Translations under genes and position numbers: made by a program
Shown: piece after piece, positions 55,506 through 63,331 of the stretch
Position numbering within the stretch: the first letter of the stretch is position 1
How the letters are laid out: each line of letters opens with the position of its first letter
Notes under the pieces: generated by a model
The model's database searches: none
What the model saw: only the letters and a program-made list of their open reading frames with translations
What the model was told of the DNA's origin: nothing
NCBI GenBank assembly: GCA_963758325.1
Contig: CAVWUZ010000005.1
Span: forward strand, 49,087-113,086
DNA: 64,000 nt
Reading direction: 5' to 3'
From: an uncultured Actinomycetota bacterium
Lineage (GTDB): Bacteria; Actinomycetota; Actinomycetes; Mycobacteriales; Jatrophihabitantaceae

Positions 55506-58463
55506 GTGTTGGCCGGCCGGGACGCCGAACGCGCCGCCATCGCGGCGTTGCTGGAGGCGGCCCGCCGCGGGTCCGGTGGGGCGTTGGTCATCGAGGGGGT
55601 GCCCGGTTCGGGCAAGTCGGCCGTGCTGGCTGACGCCGTGGCCTCGGCGGTGGGCGTGACGGTGCTCCGCACCCAGGGCGTCGAGTCGGAGTCCCCGCTG
55701 GCTTTCGCCGCGGTGCAGCGGCTGCTGTGGCCGTTGCGCGGCCGAGTCGAGGCTTTGGCCGCGCCGCAGCGGGCGGCGCTGCGCGCCGCCCTGGGTGAGA
55801 CCGCGGCGACCGGTGACCGGTTTCTTGCCTTCCTCGGAGCGCTGAACCTGCTCGCCGACGCCGCGCAGGACAGACCCGTCCTCGCCGTGGTCGATGACGC
55901 GCACTGGCTAGATGACGCGTCGACGGCCGCGTTGGTGTTCGCGGCCCGCCGCTTGCAGGACGAGCGCATCGCGTTGCTGCTCGCGGTCCGCGACGGCGGT
56001 TCTGTCTTTCACGCCGACGACTTGCCTCGGATCGAACTCGGTGGGGTGAATGGCGCGACCGCCGATGTGCTGCTGCAGGCACGTTCCGGCAGCGCGGTGA
56101 GTCCGGAGGTCCGTGACCAGCTCGTCGATGCGACCGGTGGCAATCCGCTGGCGCTCGTTGAGCTGGCCGGGGTGCTCACCGCCGGACAGCTCAACGCCCG
56201 CGAGCCGCTGCCCGCGGTCCTGCCGCTGACCGGCGGGGTGGAAGGTGCGTTCCTCGACCGTTTCCGACGACTGGACGAGCCGACGCAACACTTTGTGCTC
56301 GTCGCCGCGGCCGATGACACCGGCCGGCTCACCGTGATCCGCGCCGCCGCCGACCGCCTCCACGTCGGCGAGGACGCCCTCGACGCCGCCGAGCAGGCAG
56401 GTTTGCTCCGTGTCGAGGGAAACCAGGTGAGCCTGTACCACCCGCTGGTGCGCTCGGCTGTCTACCGGACGGTGAGCAGTGCGCGGCGGCGCGCGGTCCA
56501 CCGCGCGCTGGCGTGCGCGCTGGCCGATGACCCTGACCGTCGCGCCTGGCATCTCGCCGCGGCCGCCGACCGTCCCCACGACGACCTGGCGGCCGCGCTG
56601 GACGCCGTGGCCGAACGCGCCGCCGACCGCGGCGGGCACGAGGCGGCTGCTGCCGCGTGGGCCCGTGCCGCCGAACTCACCGCCGGCGGGAACGCCCGCG
56701 CCCGCCGGCTGTACTTCGCCGCAGCCGCCGCCTGGCAGGGCGCGCGCCCTTCCGGCGCAGCGGCCTTGGCCCGTGCCGCGGCCACCGACGTGAGCGACCC
56801 GCTGCTACGCGCGCGGCTGCTCGCCCTGCAAGGACAGATCGAATGGAGCACCGGGTCGCTCCACCACGGCTACGACCTCGTCGTGCAGGCGGCGCAGCTC
56901 GCCGCCGACGTTGAACCGGCCTTGGCGCACCAGCTGGCGGTGATCGCCGCGGCTCTGGCCGTGTTCGGTGCACGCTCGCCGTCCGCGCCGGATCCCGCGT
57001 CGCTGGTCGCCGCACCGAGCCCGGACGCCCCGCTCCGGATCCGAGCTGCGGGGGCGCTGCTGCGCGGGTTCGCTGCCACGGTCCGAGAGGACTGGAGCAC
57101 CGCGGCGCAAGCGTTTGGCGGGGCGTTCGCGCTCACCGACACCGAGATCCTCGACGACGATGTGCAGCGAAACCTCGGGATCGCCGCGCTCGTCCTCGGC
57201 GACGACGAGCGGGGCCTACGCCTGCACCGACAGCTGCTGACCGCCGCCCGCCGCGCCGGAGCGCTGAACATGGTCGAACACGCGTTGACCCGCGGCGCTC
57301 AGGTACAGATCGCGGTGGGTGACTGGGGGCAGGCGGCGAGCGCCGCGACCGAAGCGGTCACGCTGGCAGCCAGTACCGGCCATCCCGGGCTGACCGCACT
57401 GCCCACCGCGCAGCTCGCCCTGCTGGCCGTCCTGCGTCGCGACGACGACGCCGACCGCCACATCGTCACAGCCGCAGCAACCCGGGAGGCTCATCCCGCC
57501 GGCCTCACCGACACCGTCGTCGATGACCTGCTGCACTGGGCGCGGGGCCTGCGCGCTGTCCGGCAACCGGCCGCAGCCCTGCACCACCTCAGTCAGATCA
57601 GCGAGCCTGGGCTGCGCCGCCTCGCGGCGATCGACCGGCTCGAGACCGCCGTCCGCGCCGGCCGAGACGAGCTGGCCCGGGCGTGGCTGAACGAACTCAC
57701 CGACTTCGCCGCCGGCACCCGCAGCCCCGCCGCGGCTGCCGCCGTCGAGCACGGCCGGGCCCTGCTCTCGGCGGGACATGACGCCGAGGACCACTTCCAC
57801 CGGGCCCTGGCCGCCCACGCCGACTCGTTGCGAAAACCCGATCGAGCCCGCACCGAACTCGCGTTGGGCGAGTACTTGCGTCGCGCCAACCGGCGGCTCG
57901 AAGCCCGCGAGCACCTCCGCACCGCCCTCGCGCTGTTCGACGATCTGCGCGCCCAGACCTGGGCCGACCGGGCAGCCGTCGAGCTGCGCGCCTCCGGCGA
58001 AACAGCCCGCCGCCGCACCGTCACCACCGCCACCGAGCTCACCGCCCAGGAACGGCAGGTCGCCGCACTCATCCGCCAGGGACTGTCCAACCGGGACGCC
58101 GCTGCGCAGCTGTTCGTCAGCCCACGCACCATCGACTTCCATCTCCGCAACCTGTTCAGCAAGCTCGGCGTGACCTCCCGAGCCGAACTCACCGCCCTCC
58201 ACCTCGCAAGGAGACGGTCTCCCGGATCACCGACCGGGTGCTGGAGGAGATGCACGACTGGTCGGTGCGCCCACTGGATGCGATCTACGCCGCGGTGTTC
58301 ATCGACGCCATCGTGGTCAAGGTCCGCGACGGGCAGGTCGCCAACCGCCCGATCTACGCCGCGATCGGGGTCAGCCTCGACGGCGAACGGGACATCCTCG
58401 GGCTGTGGGCCGGCTCCGGCGGTGAGGGCGCGAAGTTCTGGCTGTCCGTGCTCACCGACCTGA
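55506..58463 (+). CDS. large ATP-binding LuxR-family (LAL-type) regulator, with its 3' end fused to an IS256 fragment
   Basis: Walker A GVPGSGKS, a long TPR-like helical middle and a LuxR HTH (LTAQERQVAALIRQGLSNRDAAAQLFVSPRTIDFHLRNLFSKLGV). After about 58205 the frame reads out of frame through transposase DNA to a stop at 58463. I chose the GTG at 55506. Confidence 0.75.
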   Translation: MLAGRDAERAAIAALLEAARRGSGGALVIEGVPGSGKSAVLADAVASAVGVTVLRTQGVESESPLAFAAVQRLLWPLRGRVEALAAPQRAALRAALGETAATGDRFLAFLGALNLLADAAQDRPVLAVVDDAHWLDDASTAALVFAARRLQDERIALLLAVRDGGSVFHADDLPRIELGGVNGATADVLLQARSGSAVSPEVRDQLVDATGGNPLALVELAGVLTAGQLNAREPLPAVLPLTGGVEGAFLDRFRRLDEPTQHFVLVAAADDTGRLTVIRAAADRLHVGEDALDAAEQAGLLRVEGNQVSLYHPLVRSAVYRTVSSARRRAVHRALACALADDPDRRAWHLAAAADRPHDDLAAALDAVAERAADRGGHEAAAAAWARAAELTAGGNARARRLYFAAAAAWQGARPSGAAALARAAATDVSDPLLRARLLALQGQIEWSTGSLHHGYDLVVQAAQLAADVEPALAHQLAVIAAALAVFGARSPSAPDPASLVAAPSPDAPLRIRAAGALLRGFAATVREDWSTAAQAFGGAFALTDTEILDDDVQRNLGIAALVLGDDERGLRLHRQLLTAARRAGALNMVEHALTRGAQVQIAVGDWGQAASAATEAVTLAASTGHPGLTALPTAQLALLAVLRRDDDADRHIVTAAATREAHPAGLTDTVVDDLLHWARGLRAVRQPAAALHHLSQISEPGLRRLAAIDRLETAVRAGRDELARAWLNELTDFAAGTRSPAAAAAVEHGRALLSAGHDAEDHFHRALAAHADSLRKPDRARTELALGEYLRRANRRLEAREHLRTALALFDDLRAQTWADRAAVELRASGETARRRTVTTATELTAQERQVAALIRQGLSNRDAAAQLFVSPRTIDFHLRNLFSKLGVTSRAELTALHLARRRSPGSPTGCWRRCTTGRCAHWMRSTPRCSSTPSWSRSATGRSPTARSTPRSGSASTANGTSSGCGPAPAVRARSSGCPCSPT

Positions 58464-58797
58464 AGAACCGCGGCGTGGGTGACGTGTTCTTCCTGGTCTG
58501 CGACGGGCTCAAGGGACTGCCGGAGGTGGTCGGCAACGTCTGGCCGGCCACCACGGTGCAGACGTGTGTCGTGCACCTGATCCGCAACACCTACCGGCTG
58601 GCCTCCCGCCGGGACTGGGACGCCCTGAAACGTGACGTCGTGCCGATCTACACCGCGGTCAACGCCACCGCCGCCCGCGTCGCCTTCGACCGGCTCGCCG
58701 AGCACTGGGCCGCCCGCTACCCGGCGATCGTGCGGCTCTGGGACAACGCCTGGGCCGAGTTCATCCCGTTCCTCGACTACGACCTGGAGATCCGCGC
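58208..58797 (+). mobile_element. IS256-family (mutator-type) transposase fragment, truncated at both ends
   Basis: KETVSRITDRVLEEMHDWSVRPLDAIYAAVFIDAIVVKVRDGQVANRPIYAAIGVSLDGERDILGLW ... FIPFLDYDLEIR. The fragment lacks the N-terminal third and the C-terminal quarter of a full transposase. Confidence 0.8.
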
Positions 58798-58935
58798 TGG
58801 ATGATCACTCGCGGTTGACCTTCAGCGAGTTGCTCGGCGACGAACGCAAGGACACCGCCGCCCAGTTCTGGCTCCGCGCCCAGGCCTCGGTTCGCCGGTC
58901 ACGGCATCACAGTGCGCCGGGTGTCGACCGACAAA
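58791..58935 (+). mobile_element. 145-nt internal fragment of an IS481-family transposase gene, inverted relative to the longer copy
   Basis: It encodes ALDDHSRLTFSELLGDERKDTAAQFWLRAQA. It is nearly the reverse complement of 59101..59244, differing by a few mismatches and one extra base. Confidence 0.75.
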
Positions 58936-59802
58936 TCGTTCGTTGTCGTTGCGGTAGGGCCGGGCGTAGGCCCATTCGTCGGCCAGGGTGCGGTGGAAGC
59001 GTTCGATCTTGCCGTTGGTCTGGGGTCGGTAGGGCCTGGTCCAGGTGTGGATCACTGTTCCGAGCGCTTCGGCGAACGGGGTTGATCGGTAGCAGGCACC
59101 GTTGTCGGTCAACACCCGGCGCACTGTGATGCCGTGACCGGCGAACCAGGCCTGGGCGCGGAGCCAGAACTGGGCGGCGGTGTCCTTGCGTTCGTCGCCG
59201 AGTAACTCGCTGTAGGTCAACCGCGAGTGGTCATCCAGCGCGGAGTGCAGGTAGTGGTAGCCGATGACGGGATGGCTGTTCTTGCGGGCCGTCGTGGTGG
59301 CTCGGGCGTTTCGGGCGCCGACGGCTCGGCCGTGGACGCGCCACCCGCCGCCGTCGGGGATCTTGCCCAGCTTCTTCACGTCCAGGTGCACCAGATCACC
59401 CGGACGGGGGTGTTCGTAGCGGCGGATCACCCGGCCGGTCGCGCGGTCGAGCCAGGACAGGCGGGCCAGGCGGTAGCGGGCCAGCACACGATGCACCGTC
59501 GAGGGGTGCAGCCCCAGCAGGTAGCCGATCCGAGCCGGCCCCCAGCGGCGGATCACCCGCACCTTGATGATCCGCCGCTCGGTGCGGGTCGGGGTCTGCC
59601 GCGGCGAACGATGCGGACGTGAGGACCGGTCCACCATGCCGGCCTCGCCGAGTTGGCGGTAGCGCCCGGCCCACCGGGCGGCGGTCGTCGGCGAGACCTG
59701 GAACCGCTCGGCCGCCCGCCGCAGCGGCCACTGGTCATCGACGACACAGCGGGCCAGCCGTAGACGGCCGAGTTCGGACAGCGGGGCATTACGGTGAGAC
59801 AC
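58936..59802 (-). mobile_element. IS481-family transposase gene, 3'-truncated (about 289 codons)
   Basis: VSHRNAPLSELGRLRLARCVV ... HLDVKKLGKIPDGGGWR ... RPYRPQTNGKIERFHRTLADEWAYARPY. GTG at 59802, after GGAGG. Homology stops at about 58936, where the inverted fragment begins. Confidence 0.8.
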
Positions 59803-59946
59803 GAAGACCTCCGAGGGTGCGTTCCTAGACAGCTCGCACTCCACTCGGAGGTCTTCGCCTTGTCAGCCAGCACGCCGTCACCAACGTCCGGGTCAGTACA
59901 TCTAGCTGCCCCCCGCGGCGACAAGCGGGGGGCCGGGCCTCCGTCA

Positions 59947-59964
59947 TCCGCACGACCGTGCGGA
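59947..59964. promoter_or_regulatory. 18-bp palindrome TCCGCACGACCGTGCGGA (candidate ArsR operator 1)
   Basis: Perfect 8-2-8 inverted repeat, 81 nt upstream of the permease GTG. Confidence 0.45.
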
Positions 59965-60005
59965 CTTGCATCCGGCGGCGGAGCGGCGTACACCGGACGG
60001 TGACG

Positions 60006-60023
60006 TCCGCACGGTCGTGCGGA
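60006..60023. promoter_or_regulatory. 18-bp palindrome TCCGCACGGTCGTGCGGA (candidate ArsR operator 2)
   Basis: It has the same arms as operator 1 with the central dinucleotide inverted. It lies 22 nt upstream of the permease GTG and just 5' of the RBS GGGAGG. Confidence 0.45.
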
Positions 60024-60044
60024 CGATGTGGGGAGGCTGTCACG

Positions 60045-61631
60045 GTGAGCGTGCTGCACGGGCTCTGGCATGGGCTGGACGAGGGCTTCTTCATGTTCTG
60101 GGAGACGCTGTGGGCGCTGGTGCTCGGCTTCGGGTTGTCCGGGGCGGTGCAGGCGTTCGTGTCCCGCGGGGAGATGCAGCGGGTGTTGGGGACGCACCGG
60201 CCGGCCACGTTGGGCAAGGCGTCGATCTTCGGGGTGATCAGCTCGTCGTGTTCGTACGCGGCGACGGCGTTGGCGAAGAGCCTGTTCGCCCGGGGGGCAG
60301 ACTTCACCGCCTCGCTGGTGTTCATGATCGCCTCGACGAACCTGGTGGTCGAGCTGGGGATCGTGCTGTGGCTGTTGATCGGCTGGCAGTTCGCGCTGGC
60401 CGAGTTCGTCGGTGGCGCCATCATGATCGCGCTGCTGGGGTTGGTGGCGCCGCGGGTGTTCCCCGCGCGGCTGGTCGCGCCGGCCCGCGACCGGCTCAAC
60501 TCCGCCTCTGAGGAGGCGGACCCACACGCCCATCACGGTGAGCCCGCCGGTGGACCGGATGAGCGGCTGCCACTGCGGCGCCGACTACGCTCCCGCGCCG
60601 GGTGGGGCGATGCCGCCGGCTACACGATCAGCGACCTGACCATGCTGCGCCGGGAACTGGTGATCGGGTTCGTGGTCGCCGGCTACCTCGCCGCGCTGGT
60701 GCCGACCGCGGTGTGGCACTCGCTGTTCCTGACCGGGCACGGGTTCTGGTCCAGCCTGCAGAACGTGGTCCTCGGCCCGTTCCTGGCGATCATCAGCTTC
60801 GTCTGCTCGGTGGGGAACGTGCCGCTGGCCGCGGCGATCTGGGCCGGTGGGATCAGCTTCGGTGGGGTGGTGTCGTTCGTGTTCGCCGACCTGATCACCC
60901 TGCCGCTGCTGGTCATCTACCGGAAGTACTTCGGCACCGCGTTGACGGTGCGGATCCTGGCCGTGTTCTGGGCGACGATGGCGATCGCCGGGCTGGCCAC
61001 CGAGTACCTGTTCCGCGCCGCGGGCATCCCGGAGCCGGCGCGGCCGAGGAAGATCGTCGACACCGGCTTCGCCTGGAACTACACCACCGTGTTGAACATC
61101 GTCGCGCTGGCCGCGTTCGCCGGCATCTACTGGCTGTACCGGCACCGCGACACCAGCTCCGGCCGCTACGCCAAGGACCCGGTGTGCGGCATGCAGGTCG
61201 AGCTCGCGCACGCCCCCGCCACCGCCAGCGCCGGCGGGCAGCAGCTGCACTTCTGCTCCGACCACTGCGCCGACCGGTTTCGCGCCGACCCCGCCCGCTA
61301 CCGCAGCACGCCGGCCGCCGCGCCGGCCGCGCACACCGCCGCCGGACCCGGCCAGCCCCACGGCGAGGCCCATGGCGCCCACGCTGAGGCCCACGGCGAC
61401 GACCAGGACCGACACAGTGCGGGCGAGGCTGGGACAGCGGCGGCCACCGACCCGGTGTGCGGGATGACCGTCGACCCGACCAGCACCGCCCATCTCGCCG
61501 ACATCGACACCGAAGACGGCGCGCGGCGGGTGCTCTTCTGCGGGCCCGGCTGCCGCCAGCAGTACCTCCACGAGCATCCCGGCGCCCACGCGCACGCGGA
61601 CGCCACCCGCGGCGGGGGAGGCGACCGATGA
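60045..61631 (+). CDS. UPF0718/ArsP-like permease fused to two C-terminal YHS/TRASH metal-binding domains
   Basis: Permease core (WALVLGFGLSGAVQAFV, GVISSSCSYAATALAKSL, SFVCSVGNVPLAAAIW). It is followed by DPVCGMQV...HFCSDHC, a His-rich linker (PHGEAHGAHAEAHGDDQDRH) and DPVCGMTVDP...FCGPGC. Confidence 0.75.
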   Translation: MSVLHGLWHGLDEGFFMFWETLWALVLGFGLSGAVQAFVSRGEMQRVLGTHRPATLGKASIFGVISSSCSYAATALAKSLFARGADFTASLVFMIASTNLVVELGIVLWLLIGWQFALAEFVGGAIMIALLGLVAPRVFPARLVAPARDRLNSASEEADPHAHHGEPAGGPDERLPLRRRLRSRAGWGDAAGYTISDLTMLRRELVIGFVVAGYLAALVPTAVWHSLFLTGHGFWSSLQNVVLGPFLAIISFVCSVGNVPLAAAIWAGGISFGGVVSFVFADLITLPLLVIYRKYFGTALTVRILAVFWATMAIAGLATEYLFRAAGIPEPARPRKIVDTGFAWNYTTVLNIVALAAFAGIYWLYRHRDTSSGRYAKDPVCGMQVELAHAPATASAGGQQLHFCSDHCADRFRADPARYRSTPAAAPAAHTAAGPGQPHGEAHGAHAEAHGDDQDRHSAGEAGTAAATDPVCGMTVDPTSTAHLADIDTEDGARRVLFCGPGCRQQYLHEHPGAHAHADATRGGGGDR

Positions 61632-62014
61632 GCACGCTGGACCATCTGCACCCGATCGACCCGCAGCGGGTCGAGCACGCCCGCGCCCGGCTGCCCTCGG
61701 CCGAGGACGCCGGCCGACTGACCGGGCTGCTGTCGCTGATGGCCGACCCGGTCCGGCTGCGGCTGATCTACGCCCTCGACGTCGCCGAAGAACTCTGCGT
61801 CGGCGACCTCGCCCTCGCCCTCGAGGTCAGCGAGGACGCCATCACCTACGCGCTACGGCTGCTACGCACCGCCGGGCTGGTCGTCACCCGCAAGCAGGGC
61901 CGCGTCGCCTACAACCGGCTCGCCGCCGACTTCCCCGCCCCGCTACGCGATCACTGCCTGCGCCAGCTCGTCGCCCTCACCCGCAGCAGTCCCGACCCCG
62001 ACGACGACGCCTGA
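61628..62014 (+). CDS. ArsR/SmtB family metalloregulator
   Basis: LMADPVRLRLIYALDVAEELCVGDLALALEVSEDAITYALRLLRTAGLV. ATG at 61628 in an ATGA overlap with the permease stop. Confidence 0.85.
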   Translation: MSTLDHLHPIDPQRVEHARARLPSAEDAGRLTGLLSLMADPVRLRLIYALDVAEELCVGDLALALEVSEDAITYALRLLRTAGLVVTRKQGRVAYNRLAADFPAPLRDHCLRQLVALTRSSPDPDDDA

Positions 62015-62142
62015 CCTACCGATCCGCGCGCCGGGTCGTCCCTGCGGCCCCCGCGGCACGCCTGGGGCACCGTCTGCGCGCGGTCTGAGCCTGCCCCCGC
62101 ACAGAGCACCACAGGGGCCACCGGGTTAGGTACGCCTTACCT

Positions 62143-63036
62143 ATGTGGCATGCTGCGGTGGTGCGCCTGTCGACGACGCTGCTGCTCGGGTTCATCGCCG
62201 GGGTGACGATCCTGCTGGGGATGCCGCTGGGTCGGCTGCGCAGTCCCCGGCCCGGGTTGCGGCTGCTGCTGAACGCCATCGCGGTGGGCGTGCTGATGTT
62301 CCTGTTCTGGGACGTCCTGTCGGCCGCGTGGCAGCCCATCGATGCCAGGCTGGGCCGGATCCACGACGGGCACGGCGGGCTCGGCTCGGTCCTCGGTTAC
62401 GGGGCGCTGTTCGCCGGCGGGCTCGGCGTCGGCCTGCTCGGGCTCGTCGCCTACGACCGTCATCTCGCCCGCGCCGCGACCAACCACGGCCGCGGCGGGC
62501 CCGGAGCGATGGCGCTGACCGAGCGGGCCGCTGCGCGCCGCGGGCCGGCGACCTGGTCGCCCGGGCGGCGGCTCGCGTTGATGATCGCGGTCGGCATCGG
62601 GCTGCACAACTTCGCCGAGGGGCTGGCCATCGGCCAGTCCGCCGCCAGCGGCGAGATCACCCTGGCCACCGTGCTCGTGATCGGCTTCGCGCTGCACAAC
62701 GCGACCGAAGGCTTCGGCATCGTCGCCCCGCTCGCCGCCGACCGACAGCCCGACGGCAGCCCCGCCGCACGCCCGTCCTGGACGTTCCTGCTCGCCCTGG
62801 CCGCAATCGGCGGCGGCCCCACGTTCCTCGGCACGCTGGTCGGGCACAGCGTCACCGCCGATCCATTGAGCGTCGCCTTCCTCACCCTCGCCGCCGGCTC
62901 GATCGTCTACGTCATCGCCCAACTGCTCGGGGTCGCCGCCCGCGCCAAGCGACCAGACCTGCTCGCCTACGGCCTCCTGCTCGGCCTGCTCGCCGGCTTC
63001 CTCACCGACGCCATCGTCTCCGCCGGCGGCGCCTGA
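62143..63036 (+). CDS. ZIP family divalent-metal transporter
   Basis: GLHNFAEGLAIG and FALHNATEGFGIV signature helices, with about 8 TM helices. Confidence 0.8.
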   Translation: MWHAAVVRLSTTLLLGFIAGVTILLGMPLGRLRSPRPGLRLLLNAIAVGVLMFLFWDVLSAAWQPIDARLGRIHDGHGGLGSVLGYGALFAGGLGVGLLGLVAYDRHLARAATNHGRGGPGAMALTERAAARRGPATWSPGRRLALMIAVGIGLHNFAEGLAIGQSAASGEITLATVLVIGFALHNATEGFGIVAPLAADRQPDGSPAARPSWTFLLALAAIGGGPTFLGTLVGHSVTADPLSVAFLTLAAGSIVYVIAQLLGVAARAKRPDLLAYGLLLGLLAGFLTDAIVSAGGA

Positions 63037-63331
63037 CCCACACCCGCCCGGCGCCGAGCTCGTGCTGCGAGCCCGGCCGCGGCGGCCGAGTACAGCTGGA
63101 CGCGGGGGACGCCGGCTGTCCGGACTCGGTCGCCTCCCGCATCACTCGGTCGTTCCGGCGACGGTCGTGAGCGACGCGTTCCCTGCCCCGCAACCTCCGC
63201 CACGTGTCCGCGGTGGGTCGTTCGGTGTTCCGGCCCGCGGCACCTGCTGTCTGTGACGGAACTGTCGCCGCGTGAAGACGCGAATCCGCCTACGGGTGTC
63301 GTCACCGGGCGGCCCCGGAAGGGAGCGGGGC

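Noticed and set aside
59803-59844. Upstream GTG at 59844 as the IS481 transposase start
   Set aside because: IS481-family proteins typically begin near (M/V)SHxNA. The GTG at 59802 has a GGAGG RBS, and the extra 14 codons lie in the hairpin loop and arm.
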